A stretch of DNA of 64,000 nucleotides, from assembly GCA_020697715.1 (NCBI GenBank), contig JAEHCO010000005.1, positions 1 through 64,000 of the forward strand, given 5' to 3'. Made by a program: the position numbers and the translations under genes. Source of the DNA: Methanobacteriota archaeon. GTDB taxonomy: Archaea > Thermoplasmatota > Thermoplasmata > SG8-5 > JAGLSY01. The notes beneath the pieces are model-generated. The model was not told the origin of the DNA, searched no databases, and saw only the letters and a list, made by a program, of their open reading frames with translations. Shown here piece after piece: positions 10,450 to 19,096 of this stretch (positions are counted from its first letter, which is position 1; each line of letters opens with the position of its first letter).

Positions 10450-10563
10450 GGGCCTGTAGTGTAGCCAGGATATCACTGGGGCCTCCGGTTTTTCAGACTA
10501 TTGCGAAGCATGGGTCTGGAAAGCAGATAGCCTCTGACCCGGATTCGAATTCCGGCAGGCTCG
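10450..10563 (+). tRNA. tRNA-Arg(CCG) with 40-nt intron at 37/38 (10489-10528)
   Basis: Acceptor gggcctg/caggctc, anticodon arm ggggc-ct-CCG-g|a-gcctc, T-arm ccgga-ttcgaat-tccgg. Confidence 0.92.
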
Positions 10564-10743
10564 TTTTTATTTATTGTCTCATTAGAGAGCCTGACAGGAA
10601 TTCGACGAATGTTTTTATGAGCGGAGCGAAAAAAAATATGAGGTGGGCTCGTCAGCACGCTGACGAGGCACCATTTCCGGCAGGCTCGTTTTTATTTATT
10701 GTATCAGTGAAGAGCCTGACAGGAATTCGACGAGCGTACTTCT
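10550..10743. repeat. ~70-bp imperfect direct repeat (period 125) beginning with the tRNA-Arg 3' end
   Basis: ttccggcaggctcgtttttatttattgt...gagcctgacaggaattcgacga starting at 10550 and at 10675. Confidence 0.9.
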
Positions 10744-10806
10744 CTACTGAATATAATGTGATAGTCTTAAATAATAATAAAAAAAGAAGTGAGCCTATAT
10801 ACTGGC

Positions 10807-11571
10807 TCACTCTTTTATTTCTTCTTCGGCTTGTTCTTCAGCCTCAGGTTCTTCCTGGACTTCCGGAACATCCTCTGGCTCATCCGCGGTGAACTTGATC
10901 TCCTCGTCCTCTTCCTCTGGAACTTCAGGTCCAAGGCTCTCTTCCATCACGGTGATATACTTTGGATCCACCTCATCTGTGAGGAAGACCGTCGTGCCAG
11001 CTTTCTTTATGATCAGGTCATCCGCGATCATGGCCTTGGTGTCGATCTTCATTATCACCGGGAAGGGATCCCTGACGCGGCCAGCGTCCATCGCGTTCTT
11101 GTATTCCAGGCTAAGGTGCACTCGCTTCCTATCCGATGGTTTAAGACCGGTTTCCAGCAGGATTTCAAGCTCTTCTTTTGTTGTTGGATAGAAAAGTTCA
11201 TCTGGAATATTCCTGGTTGGCAGGTCAAGGTCGATGTCAACGGAATGAGCGTAGGTCGCCCTTATCATTCCGTCTCGGAATTGATACCTTCCCTTTGGGT
11301 CGGTGTCGATAACTGCTAAAATATGGTGGGCTCTGAGCCAGCGGAACCTGTTATGCCTTATCTGGACAGCATCGACAAAGGATTTCAGGTCGATCCATCC
11401 GTTCTCGTTCATTTCAAGCTCATACCTTTCCGGGAAATGCCTGAGCACTCCGGCCATGGTACGACCTATTATGTCCAGTTCCTCCTGATTAAGGAAGAAT
11501 CTGCCTTTCTCTCCGCATATCGGGCACTCCTCAGCTCTAAAATAGCCGTGCGTCTTACACTCTCTAAGCAT
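10807..11571 (-). CDS. kptA: RNA 2'-phosphotransferase (Tpt1/KptA) with N-terminal zinc ribbon and acidic tail
   Basis: LRHFP, KGRYQ, IRATYAHS, RKRVHLS; N-terminal CKTH...CPIC. Confidence 0.9.
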   Translation of the reverse strand: MLRECKTHGYFRAEECPICGEKGRFFLNQEELDIIGRTMAGVLRHFPERYELEMNENGWIDLKSFVDAVQIRHNRFRWLRAHHILAVIDTDPKGRYQFRDGMIRATYAHSVDIDLDLPTRNIPDELFYPTTKEELEILLETGLKPSDRKRVHLSLEYKNAMDAGRVRDPFPVIMKIDTKAMIADDLIIKKAGTTVFLTDEVDPKYITVMEESLGPEVPEEEDEEIKFTADEPEDVPEVQEEPEAEEQAEEEIKE

Positions 11572-11732
11572 TAAAATAGCTCCATATTGATTTATTGATT
11601 ATTATTATTAAATCAGTAATATTCGCAACTATAATACCTTTTGCTATTGTTCTTAGTAATATTCATAGTATTATGATAGTAATATTATTGAAAGTTAGAC
11701 TATCATATATAATATATACAAAGGCAGGAGAC

Positions 11733-12578
11733 TCATCTAAGGGGTATTTCCTTCGAGCTGAGCACCTTGAGCCCAAGTTCCTCACACATGGCCTTTAATT
11801 CTCGAAGTCGGGGCTTGGACAAAGCCTTTCTGTGGAAGTACACACCTTCCACATCTGGTACTTGCTTCATCAACTGCACCAGCATGTCATTGTCAAGGGC
11901 GTCCGTCGCATAACCTGGGACCATGTGCCCGAATGAAATTTGGTGTGTCATGGCCACCTCGGACATCCGCGGCATATAATGCCCACCGCCAATTCCAATG
12001 GCGATGATATCATCCTCTGTTTCCAGACTCTGGCCTGGTTTGATGGCGATAGACATTATGGTCTCGGCTATGGCTCTGGCCGGTGGCTTTTCCGGCCAGG
12101 CGGTCTCATCACTGCCTATCTCGATGAAGAAGGTCGGGGTATCGATGTACGGGCCGTGGTGGGTGGCCTCGAATGATATGTGAAAATCAAGGTCACTCGC
12201 CTTCCTGGAAAGCGTGAGGAAGGCTTGTGTCATTTTCCTGGGTGCGGTCTTTGCCAGTGTTCCGGGCTTTCCTCCAAAATCAGCGGATGTGAAGTTGCCA
12301 AGTGGATGAACCGTCAGTGTTCGCAATTTGGACTGGCTACGATGCCTCGAGGCCACGATGATCATATCCGGCTCTATGTCCAGTTCCTCTTTCACCTGAA
12401 GGTCCAGATCCTCGCAATGTAGATGGATCTCGTTTATTTCCACCATGGCCATATCTCCATATGCCAATACCTCATTTCCATCAAAGATCCCAGCAGGCTT
12501 CCACTCTCCCAGGTCCAGTAATTCTTCTCTTATGTTCATACTGGCTACATCTTCTTTCGAGGTTAGTATCAATATCAT
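11733..12578 (-). CDS. dtdA: Archaeal D-aminoacyl-tRNA deacylase (DTD2/GEK1)
   Basis: SRH.S, LTVHPLGN, EATHHGP, FIEIGS, GIGGGHY. Confidence 0.93.
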   Translation of the reverse strand: MILILTSKEDVASMNIREELLDLGEWKPAGIFDGNEVLAYGDMAMVEINEIHLHCEDLDLQVKEELDIEPDMIIVASRHRSQSKLRTLTVHPLGNFTSADFGGKPGTLAKTAPRKMTQAFLTLSRKASDLDFHISFEATHHGPYIDTPTFFIEIGSDETAWPEKPPARAIAETIMSIAIKPGQSLETEDDIIAIGIGGGHYMPRMSEVAMTHQISFGHMVPGYATDALDNDMLVQLMKQVPDVEGVYFHRKALSKPRLRELKAMCEELGLKVLSSKEIPLR

Positions 12579-12584
12579 GCCAAA

Positions 12585-13019
12585 TCACACATCCGGGCTT
12601 TCCCTTTTGGACAGATAGTGGATGTCCTCATGAAAGTGATATCCTCTGGCCTTGAAAAGTTTCATGGATCCCTCGCTCTCATCCTCTATAAGAACTGTGA
12701 TTATCCCGAGACCAAGGCTATCCAGATATTCTTCTATGCTGTCCAGAAGAGCCTTGGCAATACCCTTATTCCTGTGCTTGGGAACAACAGCCAATCGATT
12801 TATGTATCCACGCCGGCCATCCGTGGAGCCGATCACGACACCGACCATCTGGCCATCCATCATGCAGCATCGGAACATACCAGGATCATTATCCATCTGC
12901 GTACTAATGGAATCGCGACTGTCTCGACCCAGGGGTTTGGATGGGAGACCTGCCAACTCCCACACTTTGATCATGGAATCGTAATCATCTATTGAAAATT
13001 TGACTATCTCGTATTCCAT
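12585..13019 (-). CDS. GNAT family N-acetyltransferase
   Basis: DGRRGYINRLAVVPKHRNKGIA. Confidence 0.9.
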   Translation of the reverse strand: MEYEIVKFSIDDYDSMIKVWELAGLPSKPLGRDSRDSISTQMDNDPGMFRCCMMDGQMVGVVIGSTDGRRGYINRLAVVPKHRNKGIAKALLDSIEEYLDSLGLGIITVLIEDESEGSMKLFKARGYHFHEDIHYLSKRESPDV

Positions 13020-13057
13020 TCAAATACCTCCGTTTGCAAATACAATATCAGACCACT

Positions 13058-13588
13058 CTATTCCCATCTAAGTTTATACTCGCAATATTCATCGCCCTTG
13101 ACCTGGCACTTCACTTTTTCAACAGTTCCCTTTGTTCTAGTCACTTCCAAGAAACCCTCAAATGCACCCAGCCAGGCCACACAGCTTTCTTCGATCACAT
13201 TCGAATCTTTGAAGATGACAGACGCATTTTTACTGAATTCGTCCGTCAGAACAGACACCTTGCCAAAAGGGAAGGTTTCCTCATAACTTTCCTTGGCCTT
13301 TCTGAGGAAGAACTTGATATTGGCAAATCGAACCAGATGCGCAAGACCCCCGAGGTTCTTGGCTGTGTAATTACCGACCTTCCTGAGCTCTTCCAATCCA
13401 TACTGATCTGAAATGCAGGTTAGGAGGTCGATATTGTAGGCCTCTGGGTACAGATCCTTATCCTTCAGATCCTTTGGGTTTATATTGGTATTGAGAATGC
13501 AATCCTGCCAAGCATCTTTTCCATGCTCGGACAATACGAAATCAAAATATCCTTTCAGGACACCTCCTCTTAGCATTCGGTCGGTCAT
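13058..13588 (-). CDS. V4R/HNOB-like ligand-binding domain protein
   Basis: C..WLGAFEG...CQVKGDEYCEYKLRW C-terminal V4R-like motif. Confidence 0.65.
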   Translation of the reverse strand: MTDRMLRGGVLKGYFDFVLSEHGKDAWQDCILNTNINPKDLKDKDLYPEAYNIDLLTCISDQYGLEELRKVGNYTAKNLGGLAHLVRFANIKFFLRKAKESYEETFPFGKVSVLTDEFSKNASVIFKDSNVIEESCVAWLGAFEGFLEVTRTKGTVEKVKCQVKGDEYCEYKLRWE

Positions 13589-13661
13589 TAGCCTATTGGA
13601 TTAACGGCATTATATATATATCTTCTTGATGATATTAATAGAGATAACAAAGGAAGAAATA

Positions 13662-14777
13662 TTACGGTTCATCCACGATCTTCCTTGCAATTGGCCCGAA
13701 TTTAATATCTTTAATAGTGATCATATTCTTGACACTAAACTCCTCGATCATCATCCTGTCAGTCATCAGATCATTGGATTTCAGATACTGGATCATCTTC
13801 GCACTCTCGTCCTTGGCAGTTTCATAGTCCGGGTACGCGGATATCATGAAGGATTCAAATCGCCTGGAGCACAGGAATATCGTCGAGTCATCCATTATCC
13901 TATCCAATACCTGGTCTTGATCTGGAACATTTCCAGGATTGTATGTGATATGGTATATCGATAGTACATCGAAATTTAGCAATTTCAATGAGGGCACGCA
14001 CAATGTCCTAAGTATGCCCAGGGATTCCAACTTCCTCCTTGTATTGGATATCGTGTGTCTGGAAACTGGCAATATATCCCCGAGAGCCTTGTCACTCAGA
14101 TCGGGATTGTCCACCATGGTGCAGAAAATGAGCTTCTCTGTTTTGGAAAGCTCATATGGTTCATTCGCATTGAAGGCATCCTTGGCATATGTGTCAGCCC
14201 CTTCGTTGAGCTCATCCTCGATGTCATCTTCATTGACCAGATCCCTATCATCTATCTGAAAGTTCTTTTTCAATATCGGGGCATAGTCAAGGAATCTCTC
14301 AATTCGACTTGTTTCAAAGGGGAACAGTACCATGGTCGGATACTCCACTTCCAAAAGTCCCATCTGGCCAAATGTCTCTATGCGCTTGTCCTCGATACGC
14401 GTGACATCGGAATAGTTCCTGGCAACACTGATAGAAAAGCCACGGAAGGTATCTCCAACCGAATAGAATATCTCCTCGAAGACCTCGATGGTGCTGGCTG
14501 TCTTCTGTATCCGGGATTCCAATGGCACTGCTTGATTGAAATGCGTGTATATGACACAGAAAAGCTCCGCACCCAACCTCTGTAACATCGGAATTCTTAT
14601 CCTCTTGAAATATCCAGCTTTCTTCAGCCTCTGCTTGATAGATGAGAAGGTCGAGACCTTCATATTCACCCGATGAGCTATTTCCTTATCGGTGAAATGT
14701 GGATATTTGACAAGTCCATATAGGGCGAGTTTCTCTCGCCGGGATAATTTATTCATCTTTGATGTTAATGTGGTCAT
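13662..14777 (-). CDS. Tandem (double) Lrp/AsnC-like winged-HTH transcriptional regulator
   Basis: Two HTH modules (LSRREKLALYGLVKYP.FTDKEIA; LSKTEKLIF...NPDLSDKAL...ISNTRRKL); divergent from hdr operon; GGAGG RBS before 14777. Confidence 0.75.
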   Translation of the reverse strand: MTTLTSKMNKLSRREKLALYGLVKYPHFTDKEIAHRVNMKVSTFSSIKQRLKKAGYFKRIRIPMLQRLGAELFCVIYTHFNQAVPLESRIQKTASTIEVFEEIFYSVGDTFRGFSISVARNYSDVTRIEDKRIETFGQMGLLEVEYPTMVLFPFETSRIERFLDYAPILKKNFQIDDRDLVNEDDIEDELNEGADTYAKDAFNANEPYELSKTEKLIFCTMVDNPDLSDKALGDILPVSRHTISNTRRKLESLGILRTLCVPSLKLLNFDVLSIYHITYNPGNVPDQDQVLDRIMDDSTIFLCSRRFESFMISAYPDYETAKDESAKMIQYLKSNDLMTDRMMIEEFSVKNMITIKDIKFGPIARKIVDEP

Positions 14778-14920
14778 GAAACATATACTTTTCCTCCAAT
14801 TATACGAAAAAAATGAAAAATGCACTCAAAATGTAAATTAATGTAGCATTATGCAATAAATATCTATCATTAATGCTGAAATTGGCCATGAAATATGAAT
14901 TTTTGAGAGGCATTGGCTTA

Positions 14921-15054
14921 AGTTTTAAATACCTATTCTCAATATACCCTCCTCTACAACTGGTGATAGTAAATAGCCAGCTGTGGATGAAAAGCTAAAG
15001 ACTTTTCATATGGAAGGCTAAGCGCCTTCCATCCAAGGAGGACGGAGGAATATC
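14921..15054 (+). promoter_or_regulatory. Putative promoter and structured 5' leader of the hdr-kor-flx operon
   Basis: TTTAAATA at 14924-14931, three consecutive hairpins 14954-15032, GGAGG RBS before hdrC. Confidence 0.5.
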
Positions 15055-15489
15055 ATGACCGAGGTATCGGGTAATGAATGCAGGGAAAAGCACGAACTTG
15101 AAAAGATCAGAATAGATCATAGCCTTGCCGAGGAATTGAAGGATCTTTGTGAGGAAGAATTTTTTGGTTGTTATCAATGCGGCACTTGTGCTGCTGGATG
15201 TCCATTTATAGAAGAGATGGACCTAACACCGGATGAGGTCATCAGACATGTGATCATGGACAAGAGAGAAGTTCTCAGGTCCAAGACCATATGGCTCTGC
15301 GCATCTTGTTACACATGCGCTGAAAGATGCCCTCGAGACATCAATATCACGAAATTGATGGAAGCTCTAAGGCAGATCATATTGAGGAACAGTGTGGACA
15401 AGACCGATATGAGTTGCATCACGGATGATGAGCTGAAAAAGATACCTCAAATAGCTTTCGTCAGTCTTTTCAGAAAGAACATTGGGTGA
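15055..15489 (+). CDS. hdrC: Heterodisulfide reductase subunit C-like 2x[4Fe-4S] protein
   Basis: CYQCGTCAAGCP, IWLCASCYTCAERCPR. Confidence 0.9.
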   Translation: MTEVSGNECREKHELEKIRIDHSLAEELKDLCEEEFFGCYQCGTCAAGCPFIEEMDLTPDEVIRHVIMDKREVLRSKTIWLCASCYTCAERCPRDINITKLMEALRQIILRNSVDKTDMSCITDDELKKIPQIAFVSLFRKNIG

Positions 15490-16370
15490 ATTCAATGGAT
15501 CTACTATATTATCCCGGTTGTACGGTCAAGACCTCTGCCAAATGCCTTGAGACCTCAGGTTTCGCTGTTATCAAGGCTCTTGGTCACAATCTTGTAGAGA
15601 TGGAAGAATGGAATTGTTGTGGAGTGGTCGCATCCCTGACAGATGATGATCTAATGCATCATCTGGCCCCACTGAGGAACCTGATCCACGCAGAAGATCA
15701 AGGCCAGGAAAAGATCGTCACGTTCTGTGACATGTGTGGAAACACCCTGAAACAGACAAATCTCCGAGTACAGGAAAGCGAGGAAGACTTTGACACCCTG
15801 AACAATTTTATGGATCAAGAAGAAGATTATAAAAAGAGTGTGGATGTCCAACATTTCCTGGAATTTTTAAGAGATGATATCGGCTTTGCCAAGTTGAAGA
15901 AGTCGGTGAAGAAGCCACTGAAGGGGATGAAGATCATGCCCTATTACGGTTGCACGATGTTGAGACCAAGAGAAGTTGCCATAGATGATGCGGAAGAACC
16001 GACCATACTGGCGGATCTGCTCAAGGCTCTGGGCGCGGAGGTCATCGACACACCTTACAAGATAGAATGCTGCGGCTCCTATCACACGATTGAACAGAAG
16101 GATCTGACTGCAAAGAGAGCTTATCGAATATCTCAAGCCGCAAAGGATGCGGGCGCGGATGCCATCATGCTATCATGCCCGATGTGCAAGTTCAACCTGG
16201 ACTACCGGGGAAAGGATGCAGAGAAGATATTCGATGGCTACAAGCAGATACCGATTTACTATTACACACAGTTACTGGCATTGGCTCTCGGGCTGGATGT
16301 CGAGAATTGTGAATTTGAATCACACACGGTCGACCCAATACCGCTCCTGAAGGAGAAAAAGGTCATATAA
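15486..16370 (+). CDS. hdrB: Heterodisulfide reductase subunit B-like (two CCG domains)
   Basis: YYPGC..WNCCG..CDMC and YYGC..ECCG..CPMC. Confidence 0.92.
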   Translation: MNSMDLLYYPGCTVKTSAKCLETSGFAVIKALGHNLVEMEEWNCCGVVASLTDDDLMHHLAPLRNLIHAEDQGQEKIVTFCDMCGNTLKQTNLRVQESEEDFDTLNNFMDQEEDYKKSVDVQHFLEFLRDDIGFAKLKKSVKKPLKGMKIMPYYGCTMLRPREVAIDDAEEPTILADLLKALGAEVIDTPYKIECCGSYHTIEQKDLTAKRAYRISQAAKDAGADAIMLSCPMCKFNLDYRGKDAEKIFDGYKQIPIYYYTQLLALALGLDVENCEFESHTVDPIPLLKEKKVI

Positions 16371-16383
16371 GGAAGGCGCTCGA

Positions 16384-17139
16384 ATGTCCACTGAAGCTAA
16401 CAATGAAGCTGCTAGACAAGCAAATGCTGCTGATACTCCCGAGGTCAGTATAGTCAATATTTTCGTCATGGGTAAAAGATACCAGGTCCCTGCAGGACTG
16501 ACCATAATGGCCGCTATAGAATATGCAGGTTACCAGCTCATTAGGGCTTGCGGCTGCAGAGCTGGTTTCTGTGGAGCATGCTCCACCGTGTATAGGAAGG
16601 ATGATGAGCAAAAACTACACTTCGCTCTCGCCTGCCAGACAACGGTAGAAGATGGAATGTATCTGGTTCAGATACCCTTCGTTCCCGCATCCAAGGCCAA
16701 ATACATGATCGAGGACCTCAAGGCAGAGGAAAATACCATTCTTTCCATGTATCCGGAGATCGCGAGATGTGTCTCTTGCAATACATGCACAAAATCATGT
16801 CCGCAGGATATCAAGGTCATGATGTATATTCAAAATGCTCTCAGGGGCGATATCGCAAAGGCAGCTGAACTATCGTTCGACTGTATCCAATGCGGAATGT
16901 GCGCCATGAGATGCCCAGCAGATATCAAACACTATCATGTTGGACAACTGGCTCGTAGATTGAGAGGCAAGTACATCGACACCCAGTCCCAGGATCTGAA
17001 GAAGAGGGTTGCCGAGGTAGAGGGAGGCCAGTATGACAAAGAAATTGAAGAACTGGTCGGCATGAGCGAGGAACAATTAAGAGGCCTTTACAATAAGCGT
17101 GAGATTGAGGCCAAGAAAAAGAAGAAGGAGGGTGAGTGA
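16384..17139 (+). CDS. Fumarate reductase/SDH iron-sulfur subunit-like ([2Fe-2S] + 2x[4Fe-4S]; TfrB N-terminal-like)
   Basis: GCRAGFCGAC...LAC, CVSCNTC...CP, CIQCGMC...CP. Confidence 0.8.
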   Translation: MSTEANNEAARQANAADTPEVSIVNIFVMGKRYQVPAGLTIMAAIEYAGYQLIRACGCRAGFCGACSTVYRKDDEQKLHFALACQTTVEDGMYLVQIPFVPASKAKYMIEDLKAEENTILSMYPEIARCVSCNTCTKSCPQDIKVMMYIQNALRGDIAKAAELSFDCIQCGMCAMRCPADIKHYHVGQLARRLRGKYIDTQSQDLKKRVAEVEGGQYDKEIEELVGMSEEQLRGLYNKREIEAKKKKKEGE

Positions 17140-18785
17140 TGAAACTCATAGACGGATACCCACAATATATGTTGGACTCCATCAAGAAGGTGGAAGATAA
17201 GAGGATGGAGAACATTGGCAAGAGCATCGAGCCATTGACCATGGAAGAGCGTCAGGCCGTTCTCTCACAATTCCATCCAGACTTCATGGATTCAAGTAAA
17301 CGTGCGGTCAAGGTCGGTGTGGACAAGGGCAATGAATCCTACAATGGAATAGTAGATCTCCTGGAATCACCATCAATTCTCGACACCAGCGAGGTGGATC
17401 TGACCAAGATAGATTTCGATGTGGACATGCTCATAATAGGTGGTGGAGGGGCTGGAACAGTGGCCGCCCTTTTCGCTCTCGAGAATGGTGTTCCCCTCGA
17501 CAAGATACTGATAACTACCAAACTGAGGCATGGGGATGCTAATTCCATGATGGCTCAGGGAGGAATTCAAGCCGCAGATAGACCCGAGGACAGCCCGCCT
17601 ATCCATTATCTGGACATCTATGGTGGAGGACATTTCACCAATAAGCCAGAGTTGGCAAAGGCAATGGCAATGGATGCTCCAGGAATAATCAAGTGGCATG
17701 AGGAACTCGGTGTGATGTACGACCGTCACGACAACGGAGAATTTCAAGAACTCTCTGGTGGTGGAACATCACGTAACAGGATGCACAGTGCGAAGGATTA
17801 CACTGGCATGGAGCTAATGAGGAATATCCGTGACCGCTCAAGGAACCTGGATATACCTGTTTTGGAATTCTGTCCAATTGTTGAATTATTGCTAGATGAC
17901 CAGGGCATTGTCTCTGGTGGTGTGGCCTTCAATATTGAAACACATGAATACTATGTGATAAGAGCCAAGGCGACCATAATGGCAACCGGTGGCAGTGGAA
18001 GACTGCATCTGGCAGGATACCCCACCACGAATCATTACGGAGCAACAGGCGACGGCCTTGTCATGGCTTACCATGTGGGAGCCAACCTGAGGGACCTGGA
18101 CACTATCCAGATACACCCAACTGGTGATATCTACCCAGATCCGGTCATAGGTATCCTTTCAACTGAGAAGATAAGGGGACTGGGTGCAAAGCCGATAAAC
18201 GTTAACGGAGATCCATTTGTTTTCCCACTGGAGCCAAGGGATGTTGAATCCGCGGCCTTCCTCAAGGAATGCGACAAGGGCAATGGCATAACCACCCCGA
18301 CAGGAATGCCAGGTATCTGGCTGGACTCTCCAATGATAGATATAATCCATGGAGAGGGAACTGTGTATGAGAAGCTGGCCGGAGAGGTCAGGAAGTTCCG
18401 AAGGTTCGGTATCGACATGGCCAAACATCCAATTCTTGTCTACCCAACCTACCATTACCAGAACGGTGGTGTGGAGATCAATGAGAAGTGTGAGACAGCA
18501 GTGCCAGGTCTTTACGCCGCCGGAGAAGTTACCGGTGGAGTTCATGGAAAGAACAGGCTGATGGGCAATTCACTTCTGGACTACAATGTGTTCGGCCGAA
18601 GAGCTGGAATATACGCTGCCGAATATGTGAAGACCAGAACAGTTGGCAAGCTCTCACTGGCTCATATCGACGAGTACAATAAGGCGGTCGAAGAGGCCGG
18701 CTTGAAGAGCGGGGTCAAAGCACCCATACTTCTGCCAGAGTACAGAGGGAAAGAAGCGCTGGCAAGAGCTCTAGATATACTGTAG
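17136..18785 (+). CDS. Fumarate reductase/succinate dehydrogenase flavoprotein-like (TfrA-type)
   Basis: GGGGAG, SMMAQGGI, QIHPT, EKIRG, PRD, HYQNGG, GVHGKNRLMGNSL. Confidence 0.87.
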   Translation: MMKLIDGYPQYMLDSIKKVEDKRMENIGKSIEPLTMEERQAVLSQFHPDFMDSSKRAVKVGVDKGNESYNGIVDLLESPSILDTSEVDLTKIDFDVDMLIIGGGGAGTVAALFALENGVPLDKILITTKLRHGDANSMMAQGGIQAADRPEDSPPIHYLDIYGGGHFTNKPELAKAMAMDAPGIIKWHEELGVMYDRHDNGEFQELSGGGTSRNRMHSAKDYTGMELMRNIRDRSRNLDIPVLEFCPIVELLLDDQGIVSGGVAFNIETHEYYVIRAKATIMATGGSGRLHLAGYPTTNHYGATGDGLVMAYHVGANLRDLDTIQIHPTGDIYPDPVIGILSTEKIRGLGAKPINVNGDPFVFPLEPRDVESAAFLKECDKGNGITTPTGMPGIWLDSPMIDIIHGEGTVYEKLAGEVRKFRRFGIDMAKHPILVYPTYHYQNGGVEINEKCETAVPGLYAAGEVTGGVHGKNRLMGNSLLDYNVFGRRAGIYAAEYVKTRTVGKLSLAHIDEYNKAVEEAGLKSGVKAPILLPEYRGKEALARALDIL

Positions 18786-18793
18786 GTGATCCT

Positions 18794-19054
18794 TTGATAG
18801 AAATATTGGATGATTGGTGTAAAGGCTGTGAGATATGCGTGAACCGCTGCCCAGTCCAGGCACTTGAGATATCAGAGATCATGAACAAGAAGGGCGTTAG
18901 GGTTCCCAGGCTGAAGGCCGTGAACAAATGCTACCAGTGCAGGCTGTGCGAACAGCTCTGCCCTGACTTTGCCATCACCGTGACAAAAGAAGAAAAGGAA
19001 GAAGGTGAAGAAAAAGAGTGCAAGCTCATCATTGGAGGTGTTTGCGCTGACTGA
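18794..19054 (+). CDS. korD: 2-oxoacid:ferredoxin oxidoreductase delta (ferredoxin) subunit
   Basis: WCKGCEICVNRCP, CYQCRLCEQLCPDFAI. Confidence 0.88.
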   Translation: MIEILDDWCKGCEICVNRCPVQALEISEIMNKKGVRVPRLKAVNKCYQCRLCEQLCPDFAITVTKEEKEEGEEKECKLIIGGVCAD

Positions 19055-19096
19055 TATAATGAATATTATTAGAGAATCAATAAAGGAGGGTAGTTG

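Noticed and set aside
10550-10745. Integrated provirus/island at tRNA-Arg(CCG)
   Set aside because: The repeats are only 125 bp apart and there is no integrase or cargo
10440-10892. 150-aa ORF
   Set aside because: Overlaps the tRNA-Arg gene and repeats; no protein-like features
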